DNA from: an uncultured bacterium
GTDB taxonomy: Bacteria > Bacteroidota > Bacteroidia > CAILMK01
Reading direction: 5' to 3'
Length of the DNA stretch: 64,000 nucleotides
Assembly: GCA_903829945.1 (NCBI GenBank)
Contig: CAIKRV010000078.1
Coordinates: 38,077-102,076 of the forward strand
Below, piece by piece: positions 20,612 to 30,591 of this stretch; position 1 is the stretch's first letter; each line of letters opens with the position of its first letter. The notes under the pieces were generated by a model. The model saw only the letters and a list, made by a program, of their open reading frames with translations. It had not been told where the DNA came from and searched no databases. Made by a program: the position numbers and the translations under genes.

Positions 20612-21997
20612 TTAAAATTGTTTTGTAAAAATACTTAAGTCACCTATGGATTCTGCTTTAAATAGTAATGCCTTCCAAGCTGCATTTATATAAATTGTTT
20701 GCGCAGTTTCCGCTCTATTTAAATTGTATAAAGCCTGTGCCAAATCAACGATACTTGCTAAACCGTTATTGTACATAGTTAATTTTTGATTGTAATTATC
20801 AGTCCCTGCTTTTAGTTGATTAGGAGCTTCATTTGCTTGTTTTAAAGAAAGGACTAAATTGTCATCTGCTAATTGCTGTTCATTTTTAAGTTCTTGTTTA
20901 ATGCCATTTAGATTTTCCTTTTCCGATGCTATTTTTAGATGTTCAACCCTTTTTAATAAAATGTTTTTTGGAATATCTGATATTGTAAATGTACATGCTA
21001 TTCCAATTGCGTAATTAAAGCGAGTTAAATTAGTTCCTTCATTAAAAGAAGTTGAATTTTCAGATTTTGAAATAGGAGACAAACCACTTCCGCGTCCCCA
21101 ATCCGCCCCTAACAAGGAGAATTTTGGCAAGTAATTCAGAGCGATATAATGTTCTTTAGCTTGACTTTCTTTTATTCTACTTTCGAAATATCGAACTAAA
21201 GGATGATTTATTACGCTATGTATAGTATCAAGTTTTAATAAGGCGTTAGAAAAACTCATTGTATCCGGATTAAATTCATTATTTAAAATTCCGATACTAT
21301 TCGCGAGAATATTTTTTTGTTCATTCTCTTTTTTTTCAAGCTCAAATAATTGCAACTTGGCATTGGATATTTCAGCCGCCGCAAAACTTGAATCTACGCC
21401 TGGTTTGAGCCCATTACGTACATTAGCAATGATAGATTTTTGTAAAGTTAACGCGCGCTCAAGATTTTTTTCTTGGACAATTTTTAATTGGTGATAACTT
21501 AGAAAATCCAAATAACTAATACATATTCTAATATACATGTTAAATTTTTCATTTTCATAAGCTCCTAGTTCAGTTGCATATGATGCTTTAGAAATGTTAA
21601 CCTTTGCTCTTATTTGACCAAATCCATACAATGGCAATTCTAAATAGGCTAATCCGATGCTGCCAAAATATGATTTAGGATCACTGGTATTATTAATGGC
21701 TCCTGAAATGGGTACCACAACACCATAGGGGAAATAAGTACCTGCTAAAGAATTTGCAGTTGCATTGTCTATTTGTGCATGCAACTTAATATTTGGCAGG
21801 TAGTCCATCTGACTGGCTAAAATATTTGCTTTTGCTGAAGATACTTGAAGTTGCTTAGCTTTTATTTGAGGATAATTTTTCTCTGCTAATATTAATGCAT
21901 CTTTTAGACTTAATGACTTTAACTGCGCCGTAATTGAGGTACAAACCATACAAGCCAATACAAGCTGTATCATTTTAAATACTTTTAAATTACTCAT
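20612..21997 (-). CDS. TolC-family outer membrane efflux protein
   Basis: LSLKDALILAEKNYPQI, MDYLPNI, YNNGLASIVDL; first large gene of the RND operon. Confidence 0.9.
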   Translation of the reverse strand: MSNLKVFKMIQLVLACMVCTSITAQLKSLSLKDALILAEKNYPQIKAKQLQVSSAKANILASQMDYLPNIKLHAQIDNATANSLAGTYFPYGVVVPISGAINNTSDPKSYFGSIGLAYLELPLYGFGQIRAKVNISKASYATELGAYENEKFNMYIRICISYLDFLSYHQLKIVQEKNLERALTLQKSIIANVRNGLKPGVDSSFAAAEISNAKLQLFELEKKENEQKNILANSIGILNNEFNPDTMSFSNALLKLDTIHSVINHPLVRYFESRIKESQAKEHYIALNYLPKFSLLGADWGRGSGLSPISKSENSTSFNEGTNLTRFNYAIGIACTFTISDIPKNILLKRVEHLKIASEKENLNGIKQELKNEQQLADDNLVLSLKQANEAPNQLKAGTDNYNQKLTMYNNGLASIVDLAQALYNLNRAETAQTIYINAAWKALLFKAESIGDLSIFTKQF

Positions 21998-22109
21998 ATT
22001 ATATCTATTGTTTAAGAATTAAAATTAAATAGTGCATCTTGCACCTGTTTTGGATAATTTTGGTAGAAGGATAACTACCTTATAGAGAGGGGTGAAACCT
22101 CTATAAAAG

Positions 22110-22493
22110 TCAAATTCTAAACAGACAATTGACAATATGTAGGCTCACCTTGCGTAAGCCTATGCTTGGATGTGGGATAGGGATGAAATTTAATTTTGAC
22201 TTCAGTTCCAATTTTGCAGTTGGAAGAAATGACTTTATTAAGACGTTAAAATGAGCCAACAGTGAACAAAGTGCCTTTCCATGGTTAGTAACAATGGCTT
22301 GCATTCGTACCCTTGGCGGAAAATGTGATTTACATTTTAATAAACTATTGCTGTTTGAAACAATAGTGCTTGTATTATTAAAGGAACGGCTTGTGTGCAG
22401 GAATATCGACGCATTGTCATAAATAACAGTAAATAAAAGCCTTAGAATAAAAATTCCAACTAAAAATCTGCTATATTTAGTGCTCCTCGTCAC
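22110..22493 (-). CDS. Small hypothetical protein upstream of the efflux operon (candidate leader peptide)
   Basis: 127-aa ORF with N-terminal hydrophobic segment; TAACTTTG promoter ~30 nt upstream; same strand as tolC. Confidence 0.6.
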   Translation of the reverse strand: MTRSTKYSRFLVGIFILRLLFTVIYDNASIFLHTSRSFNNTSTIVSNSNSLLKCKSHFPPRVRMQAIVTNHGKALCSLLAHFNVLIKSFLPTAKLELKSKLNFIPIPHPSIGLRKVSLHIVNCLFRI

Positions 22494-22523
22494 GAATTAA
22501 ATTTCAATAATAAAATTATTAGA

Positions 22524-22531
22524 CAAAGTTA
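22524..22531 (-). promoter_or_regulatory. Bacteroidetes -7 promoter element for the leader ORF/efflux operon
   Basis: TAACTTTG on the minus strand matches TAnnTTTG. Confidence 0.6.
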
Positions 22532-22600
22532 TGTACTAAAGTTTAAGATTTTGAGCGTACGTAAAATTTAATTTTTTGATAGTGTAGGACTAAGGCTTGT

Positions 22601-22655
22601 TAACAATTACATAACATATGAGTAAAGTTAGCTTAACAATTCCGTAACAACTTTG
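22601..22655 (+). promoter_or_regulatory. Pho-box-like array upstream of the phosphate porin
   Basis: TAACA at 22601, 22612, 22634, 22645 and TAAAG at 22623: exact 11-bp phase, ending in a CAACTTTG -7-like element. Confidence 0.75.
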
Positions 22656-22706
22656 CACCATTAATAAACAGTGTAAAACTTGTTAAATACAATTAATTTA
22701 ATATTT

Positions 22707-23954
22707 ATGAAAAAAAGGTTATTGACACTTGCATTTGCCACATTTACGTTGGCTGCAATGCTACCGGGCGCGGTGAACGCACAAACAACCACTACAGACG
22801 CTCCTGCTACCGATGAGTTCAAGCCATCCGGTAAACTTTGGGGTTATGCATTTGGTGATTATTCTTATAAAGTACATGCTGACTCTACAGGTACTGCTGG
22901 TAAGAGAACTAGTCCGGGAAACCAATATTTAGGTCAAGCGAAAGACTTTGGTTCATTTGCTTTCAGACGTATATATTTGGGGTATGACTATAATTTTGCT
23001 CCAACCGTTAAAACTCAATTATTGTTGGCTCATGAAAGTGATGCAACATTAGCTGCTGATGGAAATCGTACTTTTTATATCAAGTTAGCTAATATTCGTT
23101 GGACATTTGCAAAAAATACTGATTTAGTAGTTGGTTCTCAAGAAACACCGGGCTTCCCTATGTTGGAAGAAAAAATTTGGGGATATAGATCTATTGAAAA
23201 AACCATTACGGATTTCAGAAAGATTATTACCTCAACAGATTTAGGTGCTTCTATCCAAGGTAAATTTAATGACAAAGGAGATTATGGATATAATTTCTTA
23301 TTCTCCAATGGTTCTGTTGCTGCTCCTGAAAATGATCCTTACAAAAAATTATCTGCTGATGTTTATGGTAAATTCATGGATCAAAAAATCGTAATTGATC
23401 TTTATGGAGATTATAATTTGAGCAAACGTACTCCTACTGAAGTAAGTAAAGCTACTGGTAAGTTATTTGCTGCTTATACAACTCCGGGATTAACAGTTGG
23501 TGTTACTGTATTTGAACAAGTACAAGAACATGCTGTAACTTATACTGAAAGTGGTTCCACAACCAAATTAAACAAAAATGCTGTAGTATTTGGATACTCT
23601 GCTTTTGTAACCGGTGCAATAATTAAAGATAAGTTGAATTTCTTTGCCCGTTATGATAATTTCAATCCTGATAATTCTTATAACAGCAGCCGTACTTATT
23701 CTGCGGGTAGCTCTTATTATACTACTACTACCGGTGGTATTTTAGCACCGGTTCTTGAAAATTTCATCACTTTAGGTGTTGATTGGATGCCGGCTAAAAA
23801 TGTTCATTTCATGCCAAATATTTGGATTGATACTTATTCTAATCCGGCTGCAAATGCAATTAAGTTGAACAAATCTGATAATGATATTGAAGCTCGTATG
23901 ACTTTCTACTATATTTTCGGTAAGGAAAATAACAATATACCGAACAAATTGTAA
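22707..23954 (+). CDS. Outer-membrane porin, probably phosphate-selective (OprO/P-like)
   Basis: Signal peptide from MKKRLL; FRRIYLGYDY, WGYRSIEKT, FFARYD beta-strands; directly upstream of pstS with Pho-like boxes. Confidence 0.75.
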   Translation: MKKRLLTLAFATFTLAAMLPGAVNAQTTTTDAPATDEFKPSGKLWGYAFGDYSYKVHADSTGTAGKRTSPGNQYLGQAKDFGSFAFRRIYLGYDYNFAPTVKTQLLLAHESDATLAADGNRTFYIKLANIRWTFAKNTDLVVGSQETPGFPMLEEKIWGYRSIEKTITDFRKIITSTDLGASIQGKFNDKGDYGYNFLFSNGSVAAPENDPYKKLSADVYGKFMDQKIVIDLYGDYNLSKRTPTEVSKATGKLFAAYTTPGLTVGVTVFEQVQEHAVTYTESGSTTKLNKNAVVFGYSAFVTGAIIKDKLNFFARYDNFNPDNSYNSSRTYSAGSSYYTTTTGGILAPVLENFITLGVDWMPAKNVHFMPNIWIDTYSNPAANAIKLNKSDNDIEARMTFYYIFGKENNNIPNKL

Positions 23955-23983
23955 TTATTGATAACCATTAAATTTTATAAACT

Positions 23984-24805
23984 ATGAAATCTTTAAAATT
24001 AATCATTGCTCTTTTCCTTTCAGGAATGGTGAGCTTTGGTACTCAGGGACAGCTTAAAATAAAGGGAAGTGATACTGTATTGCCTTTATCCCAAAAAGAA
24101 GCTGAAAAATATATGGCTTCTCACAAAGGAGCAAATATTTCTGTATCCGGTGGAGGAAGCGGTGTGGGCATTACTGCTCTTATTGATAACAACACTGATA
24201 TTGCAATGTCTTCTCGTTCTATGAAAATGGAAGAGAAAATGAAATTGAATGATACTAAAAGAGCATTCAAGGAAGTAATGATTGCAAAGGATGCTTTGGC
24301 TGTAATTGTAAATAAAAGCAACCCTGTAAGCAAACTAACTCGTCAACAATTAGAAGATATTTTCACAGGAAAAATAACTAATTGGAAAGAAGTAGGAGGC
24401 CCTGATTTAAAGATTATCGTTTATACACGTGAATCTAGCTCCGGTACCTATGAATTTTTCAAAGAACACGTAATGATGAAAAAGAATTACGCTGCTGATG
24501 CTTTGGCAAAACCTGCTACCGGTGATATTGTTCAAAGTGTAAGCCAAACCAAAGGAGCTATTGGTTATGTAGGCCTAGCCTATTTATCTAAAACGGTAAA
24601 TTCTATTGCCGTTAGCTTTGATGGCAAAACATTTGAAAAACCAAGTTTCAAAGGTGCTAAAACCGGTACATATCCGGTATCAAGACCATTATTTTATTAT
24701 TACTTAGTTTCTAAGGAAAAAGAGGTTAAGCCTTTCTTAGATTATATCCTATCAAAAGAAGGTCAAAAGATCGTTGATGAAGTAGGATATGTATCAATAA
24801 AATAA
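23984..24805 (+). CDS. pstS: Phosphate ABC transporter substrate-binding protein
   Basis: IKGSDTV, GGGSGVG, DIAMSSR, RESSSGT, AIGYVG, YPVSRPL. Confidence 0.95.
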   Translation: MKSLKLIIALFLSGMVSFGTQGQLKIKGSDTVLPLSQKEAEKYMASHKGANISVSGGGSGVGITALIDNNTDIAMSSRSMKMEEKMKLNDTKRAFKEVMIAKDALAVIVNKSNPVSKLTRQQLEDIFTGKITNWKEVGGPDLKIIVYTRESSSGTYEFFKEHVMMKKNYAADALAKPATGDIVQSVSQTKGAIGYVGLAYLSKTVNSIAVSFDGKTFEKPSFKGAKTGTYPVSRPLFYYYLVSKEKEVKPFLDYILSKEGQKIVDEVGYVSIK

Positions 24806-24861
24806 TTGGGCAATCATTTTAAGATGGCCACAATTTAGAATGTTTAGTTAATAATGGCAGA

Positions 24862-24893
24862 GGCGCCCGGAATTAATTCCGGGCGTTTTTTTT
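24862..24893 (+). terminator. Rho-independent terminator after pstS
   Basis: GCGCCCGGAA-TTAA-TTCCGGGCGT followed by a T run. Confidence 0.88.
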
Positions 24894-24964
24894 AATTATT
24901 TTCAACATTAATACTAATTTTTATTTTCGCAACACATTGTTAAACAATAATATAAAAAAGTGCT

Positions 24965-25060
24965 TAACAATAACTTAATATTGAGCTAACATTAGCTTAA
25001 TAATTGGGAAATCATAGCGTAACAATTACTTAATACTGAAATTGGTTTTTATTAACTTTG
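24965..25060 (+). promoter_or_regulatory. Extended Pho-box-like array plus -7 promoter for DUF47-pit-pstS2-pstCAB-phoU
   Basis: TAACA/TAATA at 24965, 24976, 24987, 24998, 25020, 25031 (11-bp phase); TAACTTTG at 25053-25060. Confidence 0.78.
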
Positions 25061-25078
25061 CTCAAATTTTTGAGCAAA

Positions 25079-25726
25079 ATGAATATTAATAAGATTTTAC
25101 AAGTCCTCGTTCCAAAGGATCACAAGTTTATTCCAATGTTGTCTGCAGCAACAGCTAATCTGCAATTAATGTCTAAAAAACTTATTGAAACTTTAAGTGA
25201 AGGTGATTGGGATAAGCGTAGAGCATTAATTAATGAAATAGAGCAACTTGAAAAGAAAGGAGATGAATTAACCCACAAAATTTTTCATTCTTTAAGTGCC
25301 AGTTTTATTACTCCATTTGATAGAGAAGATATTCATTTATTAGCATCAGAAATAGATAATGTAGCAGATTACATTCATGGTACTGCTAAGAGATTATATA
25401 TTTACAAAATTCAAAATATTCATGATTCCATGCTAAAAATGGCTGATTTAATTCAAGCTGCGGTTGAAGAATTAAATAAAGCTATTTTATCTATTAAGGA
25501 CATGAATGACCCTCAACAAGTAAGAGAATCCTGCACGCGAATACATGCTATTGAAACCCATGCTGATGATATTTATGATATGGCTATATCCCAACTTTTT
25601 GAAAAGGAAACAAATGCCATTGAGGTAATTAAAGTACGTGAAGTATGGTTGGTATTAGAAAAGGCAGTAGACAAATGTGAGGATGCCGCAGATGTATTGA
25701 TGTCCATACTTGTTAAAAACAGTTAA
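25079..25726 (+). CDS. DUF47 / PhoU-like phosphate transport regulator (Pit accessory protein)
   Basis: EKKGDELTH, FITPFDREDIHLLA, IETHADDIY, DKCEDAADV. ATG 25079 lies downstream of the -7 element. Confidence 0.92.
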   Translation: MNINKILQVLVPKDHKFIPMLSAATANLQLMSKKLIETLSEGDWDKRRALINEIEQLEKKGDELTHKIFHSLSASFITPFDREDIHLLASEIDNVADYIHGTAKRLYIYKIQNIHDSMLKMADLIQAAVEELNKAILSIKDMNDPQQVRESCTRIHAIETHADDIYDMAISQLFEKETNAIEVIKVREVWLVLEKAVDKCEDAADVLMSILVKNS

Positions 25727-25734
25727 TTATTAGT

Positions 25735-26778
25735 ATGTTAATTTTAGTTTTTATCACCATATTGTCAGCATTAATATTCGATTTTGTAAATGGAATGAAT
25801 GATGCTGCAAATTCAATTGCTACAATTGTATCCACACGTATTTTATCACCTAGATGGGCAGTAGTTTGGGCAGCAACCTTTAATTTTATTGCCATTTTTA
25901 TTTTCGGCACACCGGTGGCAAAAACTATTGGAAAAGGAATTATTGAAGCAGATATAATTTCAGTTCAATTAGTTTTTTCAGCTTTATTAGGTGCAATAAT
26001 TTGGGCTTACTTTTTCTGTGCTAGAATGGGTATTCCTGTTAGTTCCTCACATTCATTAATTGGAGGGCTATTAGGTGCTGCAATTATGAAAAGCGGTATT
26101 CAAGGTCTGGTATTGGGGAAGGGCCTTGCAGGCTTTTTTGCAAGTAAAATATTTATTACTATTTTATTTATTGTTCTTGCTCCAGTCATGGGATTAATAT
26201 TAGGGTATTTTATGATGGTCCTCATGCTATGGTTTGCTCGAAAATCTCATCCGGGTAAAGTGGATAATATATATCGAGTTGGTCAATTACTTTCTTCCGC
26301 CTGTTTTAGTATTGGGCATGGTGGAAATGATGCTCAAAAAACGATGGGTATTATTGCCATGCTTTTATATACTTCAAGAAATATCCCTTTTGTTCACCAG
26401 TATTTATATAATTATAATGAAGTAATTGTTCCTTTTTGGGTTGAATTATTAGCATTGTCAGTTATTTCTTTAGGAACACTTTCCGGAGGCATGAAAATTA
26501 TTAAAACAATGGGGGTTAAACTTACCCATTTAAAACCTATTGGTGGTTTTAGTGCTGAAACTGCAGGGGCAATTACTTTATTTAGTGCAACTGCATTAGG
26601 TATTCCGGTTAGCACTACACAAACTATTGCAGGGGCAATAATGGGTGTGGGAACAACGCGTAGATTTTCAGCGGTGCGATGGGGAATTGCAGGTAATATT
26701 GTAATTACTTGGATTCTTACCATTCCCGCCTCAGCAATTATCAGTGCAATTGTTTATTTAGTTGTTTCTCAATTTTGA
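25735..26778 (+). CDS. pit: Inorganic phosphate transporter (PiT family)
   Basis: NGMNDAANSIAT, GIPVSSSHSL, HGGNDAQKTMG, GIPVSTTQTI signature repeats. Confidence 0.96.
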   Translation: MLILVFITILSALIFDFVNGMNDAANSIATIVSTRILSPRWAVVWAATFNFIAIFIFGTPVAKTIGKGIIEADIISVQLVFSALLGAIIWAYFFCARMGIPVSSSHSLIGGLLGAAIMKSGIQGLVLGKGLAGFFASKIFITILFIVLAPVMGLILGYFMMVLMLWFARKSHPGKVDNIYRVGQLLSSACFSIGHGGNDAQKTMGIIAMLLYTSRNIPFVHQYLYNYNEVIVPFWVELLALSVISLGTLSGGMKIIKTMGVKLTHLKPIGGFSAETAGAITLFSATALGIPVSTTQTIAGAIMGVGTTRRFSAVRWGIAGNIVITWILTIPASAIISAIVYLVVSQF

Positions 26779-26800
26779 TTAAAAACTTAATAATTCCGTA

Positions 26801-27664
26801 ATGAAAGCAGTTGTTTATTCGTTCATCTTTGTAGTATTACTTTCTTCTTGTTCCGATTCTTCAGTTACCTCTGATAATCAAGGAAATATTAAGAGTAAAA
26901 CTAAGCAACTCAATATTAAGGGAAGCGACACTGAATTACCTTTAACGCAGAATGAAATTGAAGGATTTCTTAAATTAAATCCAAATGCGTCTATTAGCCT
27001 TACCGGCGGAGGTTCTTCAGTAGGAATTACTGCACTAATTGAAGGTAATACTGATATTGCAATGGCTTCAAGAAATTTAACTTCGGATGAAAACAGTAAG
27101 CTGGGCAATAAAATGCAACATATTGTAAAAGCAACTATTGCCTATGATGCTTTGGCCATAATAGTTAATCCTTCAAATCCAATAAATCGGATGACAAAGG
27201 AGCAATTGCAAAATATATATTTAGGTAAAGTAGAGAATTGGAAAGAGATGGGAGGAATTGATCATAAATTAAGTGCGCTTGGTAGAGAACAAAGTTCGGG
27301 TTCTTATGCTTTCTTTAAGGACCATATCTTAGATGGAAAAAGTTATATAAATACTATGCCACAAATGTCATCAAATGGTCAAATTGTTGAATCAATTGAA
27401 CAATCTCCTAATGCTATAGGATATGTTGGTATAGGATACGTAACTTCCAAAGTTAAAGCTTTGGCTATTTCGTTTGATGGAGGTAAAACATTTATTAATC
27501 CAACCATGGATAAGGTTAAAAATGGAGCTTATAAAATTGCCAGACCACTTTATTATATTTACAGCACAGATACAAAAGCAAAGGTTGAACCGTTTTTAAA
27601 TTTTGTACTTTCAGATTCCGGGCAAAAAATAGTGGAAAGTACCGGTTTTATAAAAACAAATTAA
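26801..27664 (+). CDS. pstS: Second phosphate-binding protein PstS, lipoprotein
   Basis: Lipobox LLSSC; IKGSDTE, GGGSSVG, DIAMASR, REQSSGS, YKIARPL. Confidence 0.92.
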   Translation: MKAVVYSFIFVVLLSSCSDSSVTSDNQGNIKSKTKQLNIKGSDTELPLTQNEIEGFLKLNPNASISLTGGGSSVGITALIEGNTDIAMASRNLTSDENSKLGNKMQHIVKATIAYDALAIIVNPSNPINRMTKEQLQNIYLGKVENWKEMGGIDHKLSALGREQSSGSYAFFKDHILDGKSYINTMPQMSSNGQIVESIEQSPNAIGYVGIGYVTSKVKALAISFDGGKTFINPTMDKVKNGAYKIARPLYYIYSTDTKAKVEPFLNFVLSDSGQKIVESTGFIKTN

Positions 27665-27682
27665 TTTGGAATTGATAAGGTA

Positions 27683-28879
27683 ATGCGCCGCACACGAAAA
27701 ATAATTGAAAAAATAGTAGAAGGTATATTTGCGCTTAGCGGTGCAATTACAAGTATCACCGTTTTATTAATTATAGTTTTCTTATTTCAAGAAGGATTAT
27801 CGATTTTCAATCAAAAACCTGTAGAGGAAAATTCTATCTTGGCTGTTCATCCAAATAATCCTGTTTCAAAGTTGAGCGGTCTTCAAATTAAAGATATTTT
27901 CGATCAAAAAATTACCAATTGGAAGGAACTTGGTGGAAATAATGATACCATTAAATTGTTTAGATTAGATGAGGCTGGCAGTCTTTTTAACGAAGAACAA
28001 ATGGGTTCCAATTTTGAGAGATTACCACATTGTATAGATTCATATTTAGTAAAAACACCTGGAATACTTTTATTCTTTAATAATCGATATATTTCTAAAG
28101 ATTTTAGAGGTAAAAAGATTGAAATTGAAAATGTAAATCCTTATAGTTTTCTTTTAGGCAAACAATGGTTTCCAACTGCGCAACCTGTGGCACAATTGGG
28201 CGTATTACCATTAATATTGGGTACCATTTGGGTTACTTTAGGTGCTATTTTATTTGCTTTGCCATTTGGCTTGGCAACTGCTATATTTATGGCAGAAATT
28301 GCTAATCATAGAATTAGAAATATTTTGAAACCTGTTGTAGAATTATTGGCCGGTATTCCATCAGTAGTTTATGGTTTTTTTGGTTTAATTATTATTGTAC
28401 CAGCGGTTCAAAAAGTATTTAACCTACCTGTAGGTGAAAGTGGATTAGCAGGCAGTATAGTATTAGGAATTATGGCTTTGCCAACTATTATTACCATTTC
28501 TGAAGATGCACTAAGAACAACCCCAAGAGCCTTAAAGGAGGCAAGTTTAGCCTTAGGTGCTACCCATTGGCAAACTATTAGAAGGGTAGTTTTGCCATTT
28601 GCTTCATCCGGTATTACAGCAGGAATAATTTTAGGCATTGGTCGCGCAATTGGTGAGACTATGGCCGTCCTAATGGTAACAGGAAATGCTGCCGTTATAC
28701 CACATAGTTATTTTGAACCTTTACGTACTATCCCGGCTACCATTGCTGCAGAATTGGGTGAAGCAGCCTACGGAGGTTTGCATTTTAAAGCATTGTTTGC
28801 ACTAGGATGTATCTTATTTATAATGACGTTTATTGTCAATTTAGTATTCCAGTTTATTGCAAAAAAGAAGAAATATTAG
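27683..28879 (+). CDS. pstC: Phosphate ABC transporter permease PstC with inserted PBP-like periplasmic segment
   Basis: ELLAGIPSVVYG, EASLALGATHWQT, RAIGETMAV; insert IKDIFDQKITNWKELGG. Confidence 0.95.
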   Translation: MRRTRKIIEKIVEGIFALSGAITSITVLLIIVFLFQEGLSIFNQKPVEENSILAVHPNNPVSKLSGLQIKDIFDQKITNWKELGGNNDTIKLFRLDEAGSLFNEEQMGSNFERLPHCIDSYLVKTPGILLFFNNRYISKDFRGKKIEIENVNPYSFLLGKQWFPTAQPVAQLGVLPLILGTIWVTLGAILFALPFGLATAIFMAEIANHRIRNILKPVVELLAGIPSVVYGFFGLIIIVPAVQKVFNLPVGESGLAGSIVLGIMALPTIITISEDALRTTPRALKEASLALGATHWQTIRRVVLPFASSGITAGIILGIGRAIGETMAVLMVTGNAAVIPHSYFEPLRTIPATIAAELGEAAYGGLHFKALFALGCILFIMTFIVNLVFQFIAKKKKY

Positions 28880-28892
28880 ATTTTAATTTGAG

Positions 28893-29774
28893 ATGACAAC
28901 AGATAAAGCACATAAAATACTTAAAAGGAAAAAGCTAAGCCAAAGTATAGCATTTTCTATATTTGCGCTTATTACTGCTGTAGTAGTTCTTATTTTATTA
29001 GGTATATTGTATTTTATTTTTGTACGAGGTTTTCCTGCGTTGAGTTGGAAATTTCTAACTACTATGCCTACCGATGGTATGACGGATGGAGGTATTTATC
29101 CTGCAATTATTGGTACCTTTTGTTTAATAGGAGGAAGTATGCTTTTTGCATTTCCAATAGGGGTTTTGTCCGGTATTTATTTAAATGAATATTTATTGGA
29201 TGGAAAACTTAAAAACTTCATCAATATGATGACCAATAACCTAGCCGGTGTACCATCGATTGTATTTGGTTTATTTGGAATGGCCTTATTCGTAAACAAA
29301 TTGAAATTTGGTGATTCTATTTTGGCAGGTTCACTAACCCTTGGCTTATTGGCATTGCCGGTAATTATTCGCACCACTGAAGAAGCATTAAAATCAGTGG
29401 ATGATGCATTTAGAATTGCTAGTTATGCATTGGGAGCAAGTAAATTGCAAACCATTAGAAAAGTGGTTTTACCTATTGCCTTCCCGAATATTCTAACCGG
29501 CTTAATTTTATCTATAGGACGTGTATCCGGTGAAACAGCACCAATTTTATTTACGGTGGCTGCTTATTTCTTACCAAAATTGCCGCACAGCATTTATGAT
29601 CAGGTCATGGCCCTACCTTATCATTTATATGTAATTTGCACAAGTGGCACTAATATTGAGGCTTCTCGGAAAATGGCATATGGTACTGCATTAGTCTTAA
29701 TTTTGATTGTGTTAATTTCAAATATTTTGGCAGGAATCATACGAAATTATTATCATAAAAAGAATAAAATATAA
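28893..29774 (+). CDS. pstA: Phosphate ABC transporter permease PstA
   Basis: [38 protein letters not shown]. Confidence 0.96.
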   Translation: MTTDKAHKILKRKKLSQSIAFSIFALITAVVVLILLGILYFIFVRGFPALSWKFLTTMPTDGMTDGGIYPAIIGTFCLIGGSMLFAFPIGVLSGIYLNEYLLDGKLKNFINMMTNNLAGVPSIVFGLFGMALFVNKLKFGDSILAGSLTLGLLALPVIIRTTEEALKSVDDAFRIASYALGASKLQTIRKVVLPIAFPNILTGLILSIGRVSGETAPILFTVAAYFLPKLPHSIYDQVMALPYHLYVICTSGTNIEASRKMAYGTALVLILIVLISNILAGIIRNYYHKKNKI

Positions 29775-29791
29775 TTAGCAAAATTTACCGT

Positions 29792-30544
29792 ATGGCTAAA
29801 TTATCAGCAAATAAAGTAAACTTGTATTATGGTGATCACCATGCTCTCAAAGATGTGAGCCTTGCAATGGATCATAATACAATAACAGCATTCATTGGAC
29901 CATCCGGTTGTGGTAAATCCACCTTCCTTCGTTTATTTAATAGAATGAATGATTTGATTCCGCATGTAAAAATTGAAGGTGAAATAATTGTAGATGGCGA
30001 AGATATTTATTCTAAGCAAGTATCTGTGGATTTATTGAGGAAAAATATTGGTATGGTATTTCAAAAACCGAACCCGTTTCCTAAATCTATTTTTGAAAAT
30101 GTTGCTTATGGTTTACGTGTTAACGGAATTTCCGATAAGAATTTTATCATTGAACGCGTAGAAACATCCTTAAAACAAGCTTCCTTATGGGAAGAAGTTA
30201 AAGATAAGTTAAAAAAATCTGCTTTTGAATTAAGTGGAGGTCAACAACAACGTTTGTGTATAGCACGTGCATTGGCTATTGAACCATCAGTGGTATTGAT
30301 GGATGAACCTACTTCTGCATTGGATCCATTGGCTACTCACAAAATTGAAGAATTGGTATTTAACTTAAAGGAGGATTATACCATTGTTATTGTAACACAT
30401 AATATGCAGCAGGCTGCACGTGTGAGTGATAAGACTGCATTTTTTTATCTTGGAGAATTAATAGAATACGACGATACCAATAATATATTTACAAAACCTA
30501 AGGAAATTACTACCCAAAATTATATCACGGGCAGATTTGGTTAA
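29792..30544 (+). CDS. pstB: Phosphate ABC transporter ATP-binding protein
   Basis: [35 protein letters not shown]. Confidence 0.98.
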   Translation: MAKLSANKVNLYYGDHHALKDVSLAMDHNTITAFIGPSGCGKSTFLRLFNRMNDLIPHVKIEGEIIVDGEDIYSKQVSVDLLRKNIGMVFQKPNPFPKSIFENVAYGLRVNGISDKNFIIERVETSLKQASLWEEVKDKLKKSAFELSGGQQQRLCIARALAIEPSVVLMDEPTSALDPLATHKIEELVFNLKEDYTIVIVTHNMQQAARVSDKTAFFYLGELIEYDDTNNIFTKPKEITTQNYITGRFG

Positions 30545-30591
30545 TATACTGAGACCTTGGTTTTATTTTTTAACGATTAATATTTTTTATC

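Noticed and set aside
15487-22493. Efflux operon as a mobile island
   Set aside because: No integrase, transposase, tRNA attachment site or flanking repeats visible.
24965-25035. CRISPR array or iterons in the phased TAACA repeats (also 22601-22649)
   Set aside because: Units are only 11 bp with no unique spacers and no cas or rep genes; a regulator-binding array fits better.
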